This document shows, piece by piece, positions 1 to 7,587 of a DNA stretch of 64,000 nucleotides. The position numbers and the translations under genes were made by a program. Position 1 is the stretch's first letter. Each line of letters opens with the position of its first letter. This DNA is from Nitrospirota bacterium. Lineage in GTDB: Bacteria; Nitrospirota; Nitrospiria; Nitrospirales; Nitrospiraceae. The DNA is taken from contig JACAFD010000056.1 in the NCBI GenBank assembly GCA_013388555.1, positions 8,331 to 72,330 on the forward strand. The letters are read 5' to 3'. The notes beneath the pieces were generated by a model. That model was not told the DNA's origin. It made no database searches and saw only the letters and a program-made list of their open reading frames with translations.

Positions 1-273
1 AGAGGTCACGAATCGTATGGCGTCAACCTTCACCGAACCAAGTGAAGGGGCCCCGGTTTTCAGTTCATAGGTTTGAGACCGACCGGCGTCTTCAACTTTT
101 GTTAACGTACTGGTTCCAGAAAATGTCGCGCCCCAGGGGATTCCCTCGAATCCATTCGGATCGTTCTGCATTGGCACCGCGAAGACCGGGGCACCTTGAA
201 GGATAAACGAGAAGAAGGGGTAAAGGAAGAATAAGCGACAGATACAGTGGTCTGCGTGGAGTCGGCGAGGCAT
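1..273 (-). CDS. Exported hypothetical protein, C-terminal part cut by the window edge; paralog of the 275..808 gene
   Basis: Hand translation of the minus strand from ATG 273-271 gives MPRRLHADHCICRLFFLYPFFSFILQGAPVFAVPMQNDPNGFEGIPWGATFSGTSTLTKVEDAGRSQTYELKTGAPSLGSVKVDAIRFVTS and stays open to position 1. It has a hydrophobic N-terminus. The block AVPMQNDPNGF..W aligns with AVQMVNDPNGFQSLTW of the neighbouring ORF. It is absent from the ORF track because it is truncated. Confidence 0.5.
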   Translation of the reverse strand, partial: MPRRLHADHCICRLFFLYPFFSFILQGAPVFAVPMQNDPNGFEGIPWGATFSGTSTLTKVEDAGRSQTYELKTGAPSLGSVKVDAIRFVTS

Positions 274-274
274 G

Positions 275-808
275 CTACTCCGCGGAGTCAGTCATAAGGT
301 CGTTGAACCGAGGGGCCAGGGTACGGCTGTCGATAAAAATAAATCCACGCTCCGTGTTCGCGTGGTAGGTTACGCTAATTTCGGTTTCAGTCCCGCGCCA
401 AACATACTGTTGATTGAGACCCCGCATCATCTGTCCTGGGACGCGCTCAAGCGAACCAAACTGCTCCTCCAGATGGGTGAGAATTTGTTTGTGCCGATCG
501 TCACCCTGGTAGCGGATAGTCACACGTGCGAATTGTTCATCGACCGATAAGAATAGGAGGCTCTCAACCGGTATTCCGGCAAACAAAGGCTGACCATCCT
601 TCAATTTATATTCGCTCACATGCGGGCCTGCCTTCGCGACTTGTAAGTCCGGCCTCGTGGTGAGGGCTGTCCCCCACGTTAGGCTCTGAAATCCATTCGG
701 ATCGTTCACCATCTGCACCGCATGGGCAAGAAAGGGCTGGGTCATACAGAGGACTAGCCCCAGTAAGGCAAGGTATCGGCCTGCTTGATGGGTCTGCCGT
801 CCGATCAT
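275..808 (-). CDS. Exported hypothetical protein (signal-peptide-like N-terminus)
   Basis: 177-aa ORF. The N-terminal segment RYLALLGLVLCMTQPFLAHA-VQ looks like a Sec signal peptide. It is a tandem paralog of the truncated ORF at 1..273, with 1 nt between its stop and the next start. I recognise no family. Confidence 0.6.
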   Translation of the reverse strand: MIGRQTHQAGRYLALLGLVLCMTQPFLAHAVQMVNDPNGFQSLTWGTALTTRPDLQVAKAGPHVSEYKLKDGQPLFAGIPVESLLFLSVDEQFARVTIRYQGDDRHKQILTHLEEQFGSLERVPGQMMRGLNQQYVWRGTETEISVTYHANTERGFIFIDSRTLAPRFNDLMTDSAE

Positions 809-857
809 GTCGGAACGCTACCATGGACGATCCTATGGCGCAACTCCCTCCGTTTTG

Positions 858-886
858 TTGAGAATGTCTTTGGGCATAGCTATAAT
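858..886 (+). promoter_or_regulatory. Sigma70-like promoter candidate for the phosphonate-type cluster
   Basis: TTGAGA (858-863), 17-nt spacer, perfect TATAAT (881-886). It lies about 43 nt upstream of ATG 929, in the divergent gap between the 275..808 gene and the decarboxylase gene. Confidence 0.4.
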
Positions 887-928
887 GCGCGGGTTTTTCC
901 ACAGGCGTTGTGGCGAGGAACCGACACA

Positions 929-1426
929 ATGATTGAAAGCGATGCGTTCGTTCAAGCGTTACAAGATATCGGGGTAGATTTCTTTACGGGGGTTCCCGAT
1001 TCGATCTTGGGCGGCATCATCGCCGAGTTGATGGAACGGCGTCTCTACACCCCGGCCGTTCGGGAAGATGAAGCGGTCGCCATGGCTGCCGGGGCCTATA
1101 TGTCCGGCAAGGTTCCCGCCGTGCTCATGCAGAATTCAGGGTTGGGTACGTCCCTCAACACCCTCATTTCGTTGAACATGATCTATTGCCAGCCCTGTAT
1201 TTTGATTGTGTCCTGGCGCGGTTATCAAGGCAAAGATGCGCCGGAGCATCTAGTGATGGGCGAGGTGATGCCGCAGTTTCTGGACACGGTGAAAATCCCG
1301 CATCGAACCCTATCGGAAAAGACGGCGATTGACGACCTGAAATGGCTGGCGGAGACGTTCATGAAGCAGCGCATTCCTGTCGCTCTCTTGATGACGAAGG
1401 GTGTTGTGAGAGGGTTGCACCCATGA
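929..1426 (+). CDS. TPP-dependent 2-oxoacid decarboxylase, alpha (pyrimidine-binding) subunit; phosphonopyruvate / sulfopyruvate decarboxylase family
   Basis: From the internal ATG at 929 the product is MIESDAFVQALQDIGVDFFTGVPDSILGG...REDEAVAMAAGAYMSGK..VLMQNSGLG. This is typical of the N-terminal half of Ppd and of ComD. Its TGA overlaps the next ATG (ATGA at 1423-1426). The longer track ORF from 785 adds a non-homologous leader. Confidence 0.8.
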   Translation: MIESDAFVQALQDIGVDFFTGVPDSILGGIIAELMERRLYTPAVREDEAVAMAAGAYMSGKVPAVLMQNSGLGTSLNTLISLNMIYCQPCILIVSWRGYQGKDAPEHLVMGEVMPQFLDTVKIPHRTLSEKTAIDDLKWLAETFMKQRIPVALLMTKGVVRGLHP

Positions 1427-2001
1427 GGCCGGAGCAAGGAACGATGCAAAGTCGGGCGATGGCCATGGCGGCATTGCTGGAACTACTTACCGATCAACCT
1501 GTGATTATCTGCAACGGGTTTCCTTCTCGTGAAGCGTACAAAATAGCCGATCGCCCGACCCATTTCTATATGATCGGGTCCATGGGAAATGCCTCGGCCA
1601 TTGCGTTAGGCGTTGCGCTTGCCAAGCCGAACAAGCAGGTGGTTGTGTTCGATGGGGACGGCAACGTATTAATGGGCATGGGAACATTAGCGACGGTGGG
1701 CGCGTTGAAGCCGAAAAATTTCATCCACGTGGTTTTCGACAATGAAGTGTACGGCACGACAGGGAATCAACCGACGATTTCCAATGTAGTCCCGCTTGAG
1801 AAGATGGCGAAAGCAGCTGGGTATGTAAATGTCGAACGGGTGCGGGAACGCGAAGACCTCATTTACGAGTTTACAGACATGCTGAAGAAAGATGGGCCGA
1901 GCATGTTGCTGGTGAAAATCAATGAGATGGTGGAAGATGTCGGGCGGGTGATGATTGATCCGCAGGATATTACGAAGCGGTTCATGAAAGCGATACAATA
2001 A
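1423..2001 (+). CDS. TPP-dependent 2-oxoacid decarboxylase, beta (diphosphate-binding) subunit; phosphonopyruvate / sulfopyruvate decarboxylase family
   Basis: Contains the TPP motif GDG-x(24-27)-N in FDGDGNVLMGMGTLATVGALKPKNFIHVVFDNEVYGTTG. The start ATG at 1423 is translationally coupled to the alpha subunit. The track ORF start at 1342 is in a different frame context and overlaps the alpha gene. Confidence 0.8.
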   Translation: MRPEQGTMQSRAMAMAALLELLTDQPVIICNGFPSREAYKIADRPTHFYMIGSMGNASAIALGVALAKPNKQVVVFDGDGNVLMGMGTLATVGALKPKNFIHVVFDNEVYGTTGNQPTISNVVPLEKMAKAAGYVNVERVREREDLIYEFTDMLKKDGPSMLLVKINEMVEDVGRVMIDPQDITKRFMKAIQ

Positions 2002-2007
2002 GCGATC

Positions 2008-2055
2008 GAGCCGCTAGGCAAGCCCTCGTTGGACGCGCGCAGTCGGAGCGGTCTC
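2008..2055. repeat. Small hairpin carrying the right-half core of the REP-like family (CCTCGTTGGACGCGCGCAGT)
   Basis: The arms gagccgct / agcggtctc flank ccctcgttggacgcgcgcagt. The same core recurs at 50016-50035, and in reverse orientation at about 9003-9022. The hairpin sits directly after the decarboxylase stop codon. Confidence 0.5.
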
Positions 2056-2095
2056 AATCACTTAATCGGGGCGAGAGGAAGAGAAGAGAGACGAG

Positions 2096-3178
2096 ATGGT
2101 CTTACTGAATCCGGGGCCGGTAAATGTGTCGGAGCGGGTGCGACAGGCTCTGTTGCGTCCGGATGTCTGCCACCGGGAATCGGAATTCACCGAGCTCTTG
2201 CATGGGATTCAGGCGAAGCTGTTAAAGCTCTTTGTGCCGGGGGCGGAAGCCAATTATGCCGCTGTGGTGTTGACCGGATCGGGAACTGCGGCGGTGGAGT
2301 CGGCTGTCATGTCGGCGCTCCCGCACGGCAAACGGATGCTGGTGCTCAACAATGGGGTCTACGGCGAGCGCATCTCCCAGATGGTCGGCCTGTATCGCTT
2401 GGGCGTGTCCGAGCTGAAATACGATTGGACGACGAGGCCGGATCCTGAACGGTTGCGGCTGGCGTTGCGACAACATCCGGAAGCGCACGCGGTCGCCATG
2501 GTCCATCATGAGACGACCACCGGACTCATCAATCCGGTCAAGGAGATAGCAGATGTCGTCGACAGCCAGAATCGGGTGTTTATTCTGGACGCGGTCAGTG
2601 CATTGGCAGGGGAGCTACTGGATATCGCCGGGTCTCACATTTATATGGTGGCTGGCACATCCGGAAAATGTATTCAGGGATTCCCGGGGCTGTCCTTCGT
2701 GCTCGTCCGGAAAGGGTTTCTCGAACGGATGCGTGCTTACCCCAGACGGTCTATCTATCTCCACATCACGCAGTATGTGGATGACCAGGGTCGCGGAACG
2801 ATTCCCTTCACGCCGGCCGTACAGGTCTATTATGCGTTCGACGAAGCGTTGAATGAACTTATGGAGGAAGGGGTTGCCAAACGGATTCAGCGGTATAAGA
2901 AAGTTGCGGCTCTCATTCGAGACCGCATGGCAAAAGTCGGCGTGAAGCCGCTTCTGACTCCGGACAAATATTCCAACACGATTACGGCCTTTCATCTTCC
3001 CGAGGGTGTCACGTATCGGTCGTTGCACGATCGATTAAAAGAAGCGGGCTATGTGATCTATGCGGGCCAGGGTCAACTCGAAAGCAAGATTTTCCGTGTT
3101 GCGAACATGGGCGCCCTCACGGAGACACAGTTTGTCGGGTTCCTCGACGCATTTGAACGGATTTGCGGTACAACATGA
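2096..3178 (+). CDS. Class V aminotransferase, 2-aminoethylphosphonate:pyruvate aminotransferase (PhnW/AepZ)-like
   Basis: 360 aa. The N-terminus is LLNPGPVNVSERV. The PLP-lysine context TSGKCIQGFPGLSFVLV matches my recollection of the PhnW motif (S-x-N/G-K-C-I-x-G-x-P-G). It is adjacent to the Ppd-like decarboxylase. Confidence 0.8.
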   Translation: MVLLNPGPVNVSERVRQALLRPDVCHRESEFTELLHGIQAKLLKLFVPGAEANYAAVVLTGSGTAAVESAVMSALPHGKRMLVLNNGVYGERISQMVGLYRLGVSELKYDWTTRPDPERLRLALRQHPEAHAVAMVHHETTTGLINPVKEIADVVDSQNRVFILDAVSALAGELLDIAGSHIYMVAGTSGKCIQGFPGLSFVLVRKGFLERMRAYPRRSIYLHITQYVDDQGRGTIPFTPAVQVYYAFDEALNELMEEGVAKRIQRYKKVAALIRDRMAKVGVKPLLTPDKYSNTITAFHLPEGVTYRSLHDRLKEAGYVIYAGQGQLESKIFRVANMGALTETQFVGFLDAFERICGTT

Positions 3179-3894
3179 AAGCCATCATCCTCGCAGCTGG
3201 CGTGGGGAAGCGTCTGTGGCAGGTTACCCAACATCGCCCGAAGTGCCTCATTGAGATCGGCGGGAGGACCCTCTTGCATCGCTACCTCACATCGCTTCGG
3301 AGCGTCGGTATTCACAGTGCTGACGTGGTTGTGGGCTACAGGCAGGAGATGATTCGCGAGGCTGTGGCAGGGGACTCCTGTGGTGTGCGTGTGAATTTCC
3401 TCGTTAACGAGCAGTTCCATCGCGGCAGCATTTCCTCGCTCTGGATCGCACGCGATGCGTTGGATGATCATGCGATCGTCATGGATGCAGATGTGCTCTT
3501 CCATCAAGAAATCCTTCGTCGCTTGGTACAATCTCCCTATGAGAATGCGTTGCTCATGGACGAGACGGTCAAGCAGACAGGGGAAGAGTGCATGGTTGTG
3601 GTCGAAGGAGGGCGCGTGATTGCGCTGACCAAGACGATGCCGTTGCAGTATGATTATGCCGGAGAAGGCGTGGGGTTTCTCAAGATTCGGCATGCCGATG
3701 CACCGTATGTCGTGGCGTCGCTCAGGACCCATGTGGATCATGAGGCCTGGCAGATGGAGTACGAAGATGCACTTTTAGGATTTTTTCGCGAAGTGAAAGT
3801 CGGGCATGAGAAAATTGGAGGACTCCCCTGGACCGAAATCGACTTTATAGAGGATGTGTCGAAAGCGGAACGGGATGTGTTGCCGAAACTGTAG
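3175..3894 (+). CDS. LicC/PntC-like nucleotidyl(cytidylyl)transferase
   Basis: MKAIILAAGVGKRL..HRPKCLIEIGGRTLL carries the canonical LAAGxGxRL...PK signature. The later block VMDADVLF resembles LicC. ATG 3175 overlaps the aminotransferase stop (ATGA). The track start at 3163 is an upstream in-frame alternative. Confidence 0.8.
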   Translation: MKAIILAAGVGKRLWQVTQHRPKCLIEIGGRTLLHRYLTSLRSVGIHSADVVVGYRQEMIREAVAGDSCGVRVNFLVNEQFHRGSISSLWIARDALDDHAIVMDADVLFHQEILRRLVQSPYENALLMDETVKQTGEECMVVVEGGRVIALTKTMPLQYDYAGEGVGFLKIRHADAPYVVASLRTHVDHEAWQMEYEDALLGFFREVKVGHEKIGGLPWTEIDFIEDVSKAERDVLPKL

Positions 3895-3978
3895 TTGCGT
3901 CGTTGGCGAAGCATCCCTCGTAAAGCACTGATATAGGGATGCAAGATACGGACGACGAGATGCACGAGACGAAATAAT

Positions 3979-5406
3979 ATGAGCGAGAGCCTCATCCAAA
4001 AGCGTGCCGATGTGCAAGGGCTGAGCACAGCGATTCTCTTGCCGTCGATGAGTCTGTTCGGCGAGCCTGCCGGATTGTATGCAGATGAGGTGGGTCCGCT
4101 GACCAGCGTTGTCGGCATCGGCCTTTTTCAGCGGGCAGTGTTGACCCTGCAGCGAGCCGGTATCCGACAACTCATGGTGTTGGTCGGGCCAGAGGAGAAT
4201 CAACTCAGACAGGCGTTGAGCAAAGGGCCGCGTGTGACGGTTCCCGTGCGCTGGATGCCGATTCGTGAGTTTCCACTCGATGATCCCCGCACGTGGGAAT
4301 CGCTCGCTGCCGAAGTGCGGGGTTTCTGTCTTCTGTCCAGCGTGCAGGCTGTATTTGCGAGCCGCTTGATTGAGAGCCTGCGCCAAGAGGTGCAGGAGGG
4401 GCAGGCTCTTGTTGTGGCACGGGCGGATAGCGGGCGGGATCGACGGCCACGCCGCTCGAATTTGCGTGTGAAGGTGCGGTCTGGCCGGCTTGTCTCGATC
4501 ACATCCAGGCAGGATGACTCTACACTGGTGGTCACAGACCTCGTGGTGCTCCCAGCCAGTTTCATGAGTGTTGTCGGTCAAGCCGGTGTGGAAGCCGGCA
4601 CGGTGCCGATTCGTCGATGGCTTGAACGTGCCGCGGTGGACGGGTACGTGCGGGTGCTGTCTACGGAAGCGAACCGGTCCCACTGGTATCAGGACGTGCG
4701 CGATGCTGCAGATGTGCAGGCTGCTGAGAAAAAGCTCTTCAATTCCCTCAAGGGCGAGTTCGAAGGTATTGTCGACCGGTTTTTCAATCGGAAGGTTTCT
4801 CGCTGGTTCACACGTATATTCCTTGCCATAGGTCTCTCGCCGAACGCCATTACGATCCTGGCGAGCACAGTTGGCCTGGTCGCAGCCGCCGGCTTTGGCG
4901 TCGGGACATACAATGCCGGCATCGTAGCCGCGCTGTTGTTTCAACTGGCAGCGATCATCGATTGCTGCGATGGCGAAGTGGCCAGACTTACGTTTACCGA
5001 ATCGCCCTTCGGAGCCTGGCTTGATATCGCGATGGACAATGTAGTGCACATGGCGATCTTTGCCGGCATTGCCGTGGGCTCATACATGCACCTGGCCGGG
5101 AGCGACGGGGCCTGGGTTCCGCTCGCCCTTGGTGCGGCAGCAGTTCTCGGGAACGGGCTCTCGTTCTGGCTCGTCACCCGCGCGAAAAAAATTAAGTCTG
5201 CGAGCGGATGGAAAACACCGGTGCAGGCTGCCTGGTCCGATTTCATGCTGAAAAATGTCGCGAGCCGAGACTTCTCCGTCATCGTGCTGATTTTTGCGGC
5301 GATCGGCAAGCTCGATTGGTTCCTCTGGATGGCCGCGATCGGCTCCGTGGTGTTCTCGATCATCATGCTCTGGGTGATCAGGCCGTCCGCCACTACCCGT
5401 GCTTAA
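3979..5406 (+). CDS. Fusion protein: degenerate nucleotidyltransferase-like N-domain plus CDP-alcohol phosphatidyltransferase membrane domain (IPCT/DIPPS-like architecture)
   Basis: 475 aa. The C-terminal half carries the CDP-alcohol motif D-G-x2-A-R-x8-G-x3-D-x3-D as DCCDGEVARLTFTESPFGAWLDIAMDN, plus several hydrophobic helices. The N-terminal roughly 250 aa has a Rossmann-like layout (AILLPS...IRQLMVLVGP) but no GxGxR loop. Confidence 0.8.
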   Translation: MSESLIQKRADVQGLSTAILLPSMSLFGEPAGLYADEVGPLTSVVGIGLFQRAVLTLQRAGIRQLMVLVGPEENQLRQALSKGPRVTVPVRWMPIREFPLDDPRTWESLAAEVRGFCLLSSVQAVFASRLIESLRQEVQEGQALVVARADSGRDRRPRRSNLRVKVRSGRLVSITSRQDDSTLVVTDLVVLPASFMSVVGQAGVEAGTVPIRRWLERAAVDGYVRVLSTEANRSHWYQDVRDAADVQAAEKKLFNSLKGEFEGIVDRFFNRKVSRWFTRIFLAIGLSPNAITILASTVGLVAAAGFGVGTYNAGIVAALLFQLAAIIDCCDGEVARLTFTESPFGAWLDIAMDNVVHMAIFAGIAVGSYMHLAGSDGAWVPLALGAAAVLGNGLSFWLVTRAKKIKSASGWKTPVQAAWSDFMLKNVASRDFSVIVLIFAAIGKLDWFLWMAAIGSVVFSIIMLWVIRPSATTRA

Positions 5407-6418
5407 GATAGTCCTACTTCTTGCCGGCCTCATCACTCTCGGGTTCCTCGTCTGGCATATCGGCCCCGGGCGAATCTACGATGCGGCATCGCAACTTGGG
5501 CCGGTCGCACTCCTCGTCCTGCTGATTCCCTCCACCATCATGTACGTCATCGATGCGTACGGTTGGAAAATTACGCTTGGCCCTTCGGCGAAGCATATTC
5601 CGTTCTGGCGTGTGCTCGCGATTAGGACAGCCGGTGAAGTGGTGAACATGACCACACCGACCGCCTACGTTGGGGGCGAACCGCTCAAGGCCTATCTGCT
5701 CACGAAACACCATGTGCCGATGGTGGAAGGGCTTGCCTCGGTCGTCATTGCAAAAACGACGATGACGATTGCCGAGGTGGTCTTCATCCTCCTGGGCATT
5801 TCGCTCGCGTTCTGGAGTGTCGGTGCCGCCGGCTCATCCGGGCAGAACGTTGCAGCTGCGCTGGTGAGTGTGGGCCTGCTGGTGCTCGTAACCGCCGCCC
5901 TCGTGTTTGTGCAGCAGCAAGGGCTCTTTACATCGCTGTTGAAATTTGCCCGGAAGATCGGGCTCAAGATTCATTACTTCGAAGTGCGTGAGAAGAAACT
6001 ACTGTCGCTGGATCGAACGATCTTGGATTTTTACCGAGACAACCGCCTGACCTTTTGTTCTTCCATCGGGTTGTTCTTTGCCGGCTGGATGGCGGAGGCG
6101 GTGGAGGTCTATGTCATCATCTATTTTCTCGGTGGCCCGGCTATGGCGGTCTCCGCCATCGCCATCAGCGCTCTGTCCGTCTTCATCAAGAGCGGCACCT
6201 TCTTCATCCCCGGCAGTCTTGGCGCTCAAGACGGAGGCAATATGCTCTTGTTGAGAGCCTTTGGGTATTCCGATGTCACCGGCATCACCTTCGCGTTGCT
6301 CCGGCGGTTCCGTGAGTTGGTTTGGATCGGGGTGGGGTTGCTGTGCTTAACGCTCGCCGGCGGGAGGGCCGCAGTAATTCAAGAAAGTCGCGCCGACGAC
6401 TTAGAAAATCGTTTCTGA
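5399..6418 (+). CDS. UPF0104 / LPG-synthase-TM (MprF flippase-like) integral membrane protein, copy 1 of 3
   Basis: 339 aa and polytopic. The conserved blocks GPVALLVLLIPS, AYGWK.TLGPSAK.IPFWRVLAIRTAGEVVN, GGEPLKAYLL and FIPGSLGAQD are typical of the family as I recall it. The GTG start overlaps the transferase stop by 8 nt. Confidence 0.8.
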   Translation: MLKIVLLLAGLITLGFLVWHIGPGRIYDAASQLGPVALLVLLIPSTIMYVIDAYGWKITLGPSAKHIPFWRVLAIRTAGEVVNMTTPTAYVGGEPLKAYLLTKHHVPMVEGLASVVIAKTTMTIAEVVFILLGISLAFWSVGAAGSSGQNVAAALVSVGLLVLVTAALVFVQQQGLFTSLLKFARKIGLKIHYFEVREKKLLSLDRTILDFYRDNRLTFCSSIGLFFAGWMAEAVEVYVIIYFLGGPAMAVSAIAISALSVFIKSGTFFIPGSLGAQDGGNMLLLRAFGYSDVTGITFALLRRFRELVWIGVGLLCLTLAGGRAAVIQESRADDLENRF

Positions 6419-6420
6419 CG

Positions 6421-6461
6421 TCAGTCATTGTTCTGGGTAATCAGACCGTCCGTCGTGACCC
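6421..6461 (+). other. Relic of the 3' end of the CDP-alcohol transferase gene, duplicated together with UPF0104 copy 2
   Basis: ttctgggtaatcagaccgtccgtcgtgacccatgctcaag aligns without gaps to ctctgggtgatcaggccgtccgccactacccgtgcttaag (5369-5408). By hand count that is 31 of 40 identical. The relic encodes FWVIRPSVVTH, versus LWVIRPSATTRA-stop in the parent gene. Confidence 0.7.
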
Positions 6462-7481
6462 ATGCTCAAGCTCGCTCTCATCTTTGCCGGCCTCTTCGCA
6501 ATCGCCCTCATCGTCTGGCAGATTGGCCCCGAGCGCATCTACGATGCGGCGGTGCAACTCGGGCCGGTTGCGTTGGTCGTCCTGCTGATTCCCTCCACGA
6601 TCATGTATGTCATTGAAGCATACGGATGGAAGGCCACGCTTGGCCCATCAGCCAAGGATATTCCATTCTGGCGCGTACTCGCGATCAAGACCGCCGGAGA
6701 AGTGGTGAATCTGACTACGCCGGCCGGTTACATCGGTGGTGAGCCGGTCAAAGCCTATCTGCTCACGAAACATCATGTGCCGATGGTGGAAGGGGTTGCC
6801 TCGGTCGTGATTGCGAAAACGACGAAGACGATCGCCGAAGTGCTCTTCATCCTCCTGGGTATTACGCTCGCATTCTGGAGGGTTGACAACGACGGCTCAT
6901 TGGGACAGACCGTCGTAATGGCACTGGTCAGTGTCGCAGTGCTGTTCTTCGTGACCGCGTCGTTGGTGTTCGCGCAGCGGCGAGGATTCTTTACATGGTT
7001 ATTGGAAATTACTCGAACAATCGGACTGAAGATCGCGTTTCTCGAATCGCGCGAGGAACAAATACGATCGCTGGATCGAATGATTTTGGACTACTACCGC
7101 CATAATCGTACGGCTGTGTACTCATCGACCGGACTGTTCTTTCTGAGTTGGATGTCGGAAGCATTAGAAGTGTACCTCATCATCTGGTATCTGGGGGGGC
7201 CTGCAACGGTCCTTTCCGCCATTTCTATCAACGCCCTCTCTGTTTTTATCAAAGGCGGAAGCTTTTTCATTCCGGGCAGCCTTGGCGCACAAGACGTCGG
7301 GAATTTTTTCTTGCTGAAAGACTTCGGTTATTCCGATGTCGCCAGCGTCACCTTCGCGCTGGTGAGACGATATCGAGAGCTGGTCTGGATCGTAATCGGG
7401 TTACTCTGCCTGGCGACGTTGCGTGGGCGGGCGGCCGCAATTCCGAGCGAGACTACTCATGGTTCAGGACATGACTCCTGA
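6462..7481 (+). CDS. UPF0104 / MprF flippase-like integral membrane protein, copy 2 of 3
   Basis: 339 aa and collinear with copies 1 and 3 over the full length. Identity is roughly two-thirds to three-quarters by eye. Confidence 0.8.
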   Translation: MLKLALIFAGLFAIALIVWQIGPERIYDAAVQLGPVALVVLLIPSTIMYVIEAYGWKATLGPSAKDIPFWRVLAIKTAGEVVNLTTPAGYIGGEPVKAYLLTKHHVPMVEGVASVVIAKTTKTIAEVLFILLGITLAFWRVDNDGSLGQTVVMALVSVAVLFFVTASLVFAQRRGFFTWLLEITRTIGLKIAFLESREEQIRSLDRMILDYYRHNRTAVYSSTGLFFLSWMSEALEVYLIIWYLGGPATVLSAISINALSVFIKGGSFFIPGSLGAQDVGNFFLLKDFGYSDVASVTFALVRRYRELVWIVIGLLCLATLRGRAAAIPSETTHGSGHDS

Positions 7482-7550
7482 CGACTGGATCGCAAGCTCG
7501 GCCGATTTGTCTGGATACCGGAGCACATATGTGTGGTATGCTCAAATTTT

Positions 7551-7587
7551 ATGCTCTGCGTGATGAGACCTTCCACCACGATCCACC
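7551..7587 (+). other. Second relic of the CDP-alcohol transferase 3' end, preceding UPF0104 copy 3
   Basis: atgctctgcgtgatgagaccttccaccacgatccaccatgcttaag aligns to atgctctgggtgatcaggccgtccgccactacccgtgcttaag (5366-5408) with one 3-nt indel. Confidence 0.65.

Noticed and set aside
3775-5049. 424-aa minus-strand ORF antisense to the CDP-alcohol transferase fusion gene
   Set aside because: Its composition is typical of antisense frames in GC-rich genes (Arg/His/Pro/Gly rich) and it has no motif. The plus-strand frame carries a complete CDP-alcohol motif and TM helices.
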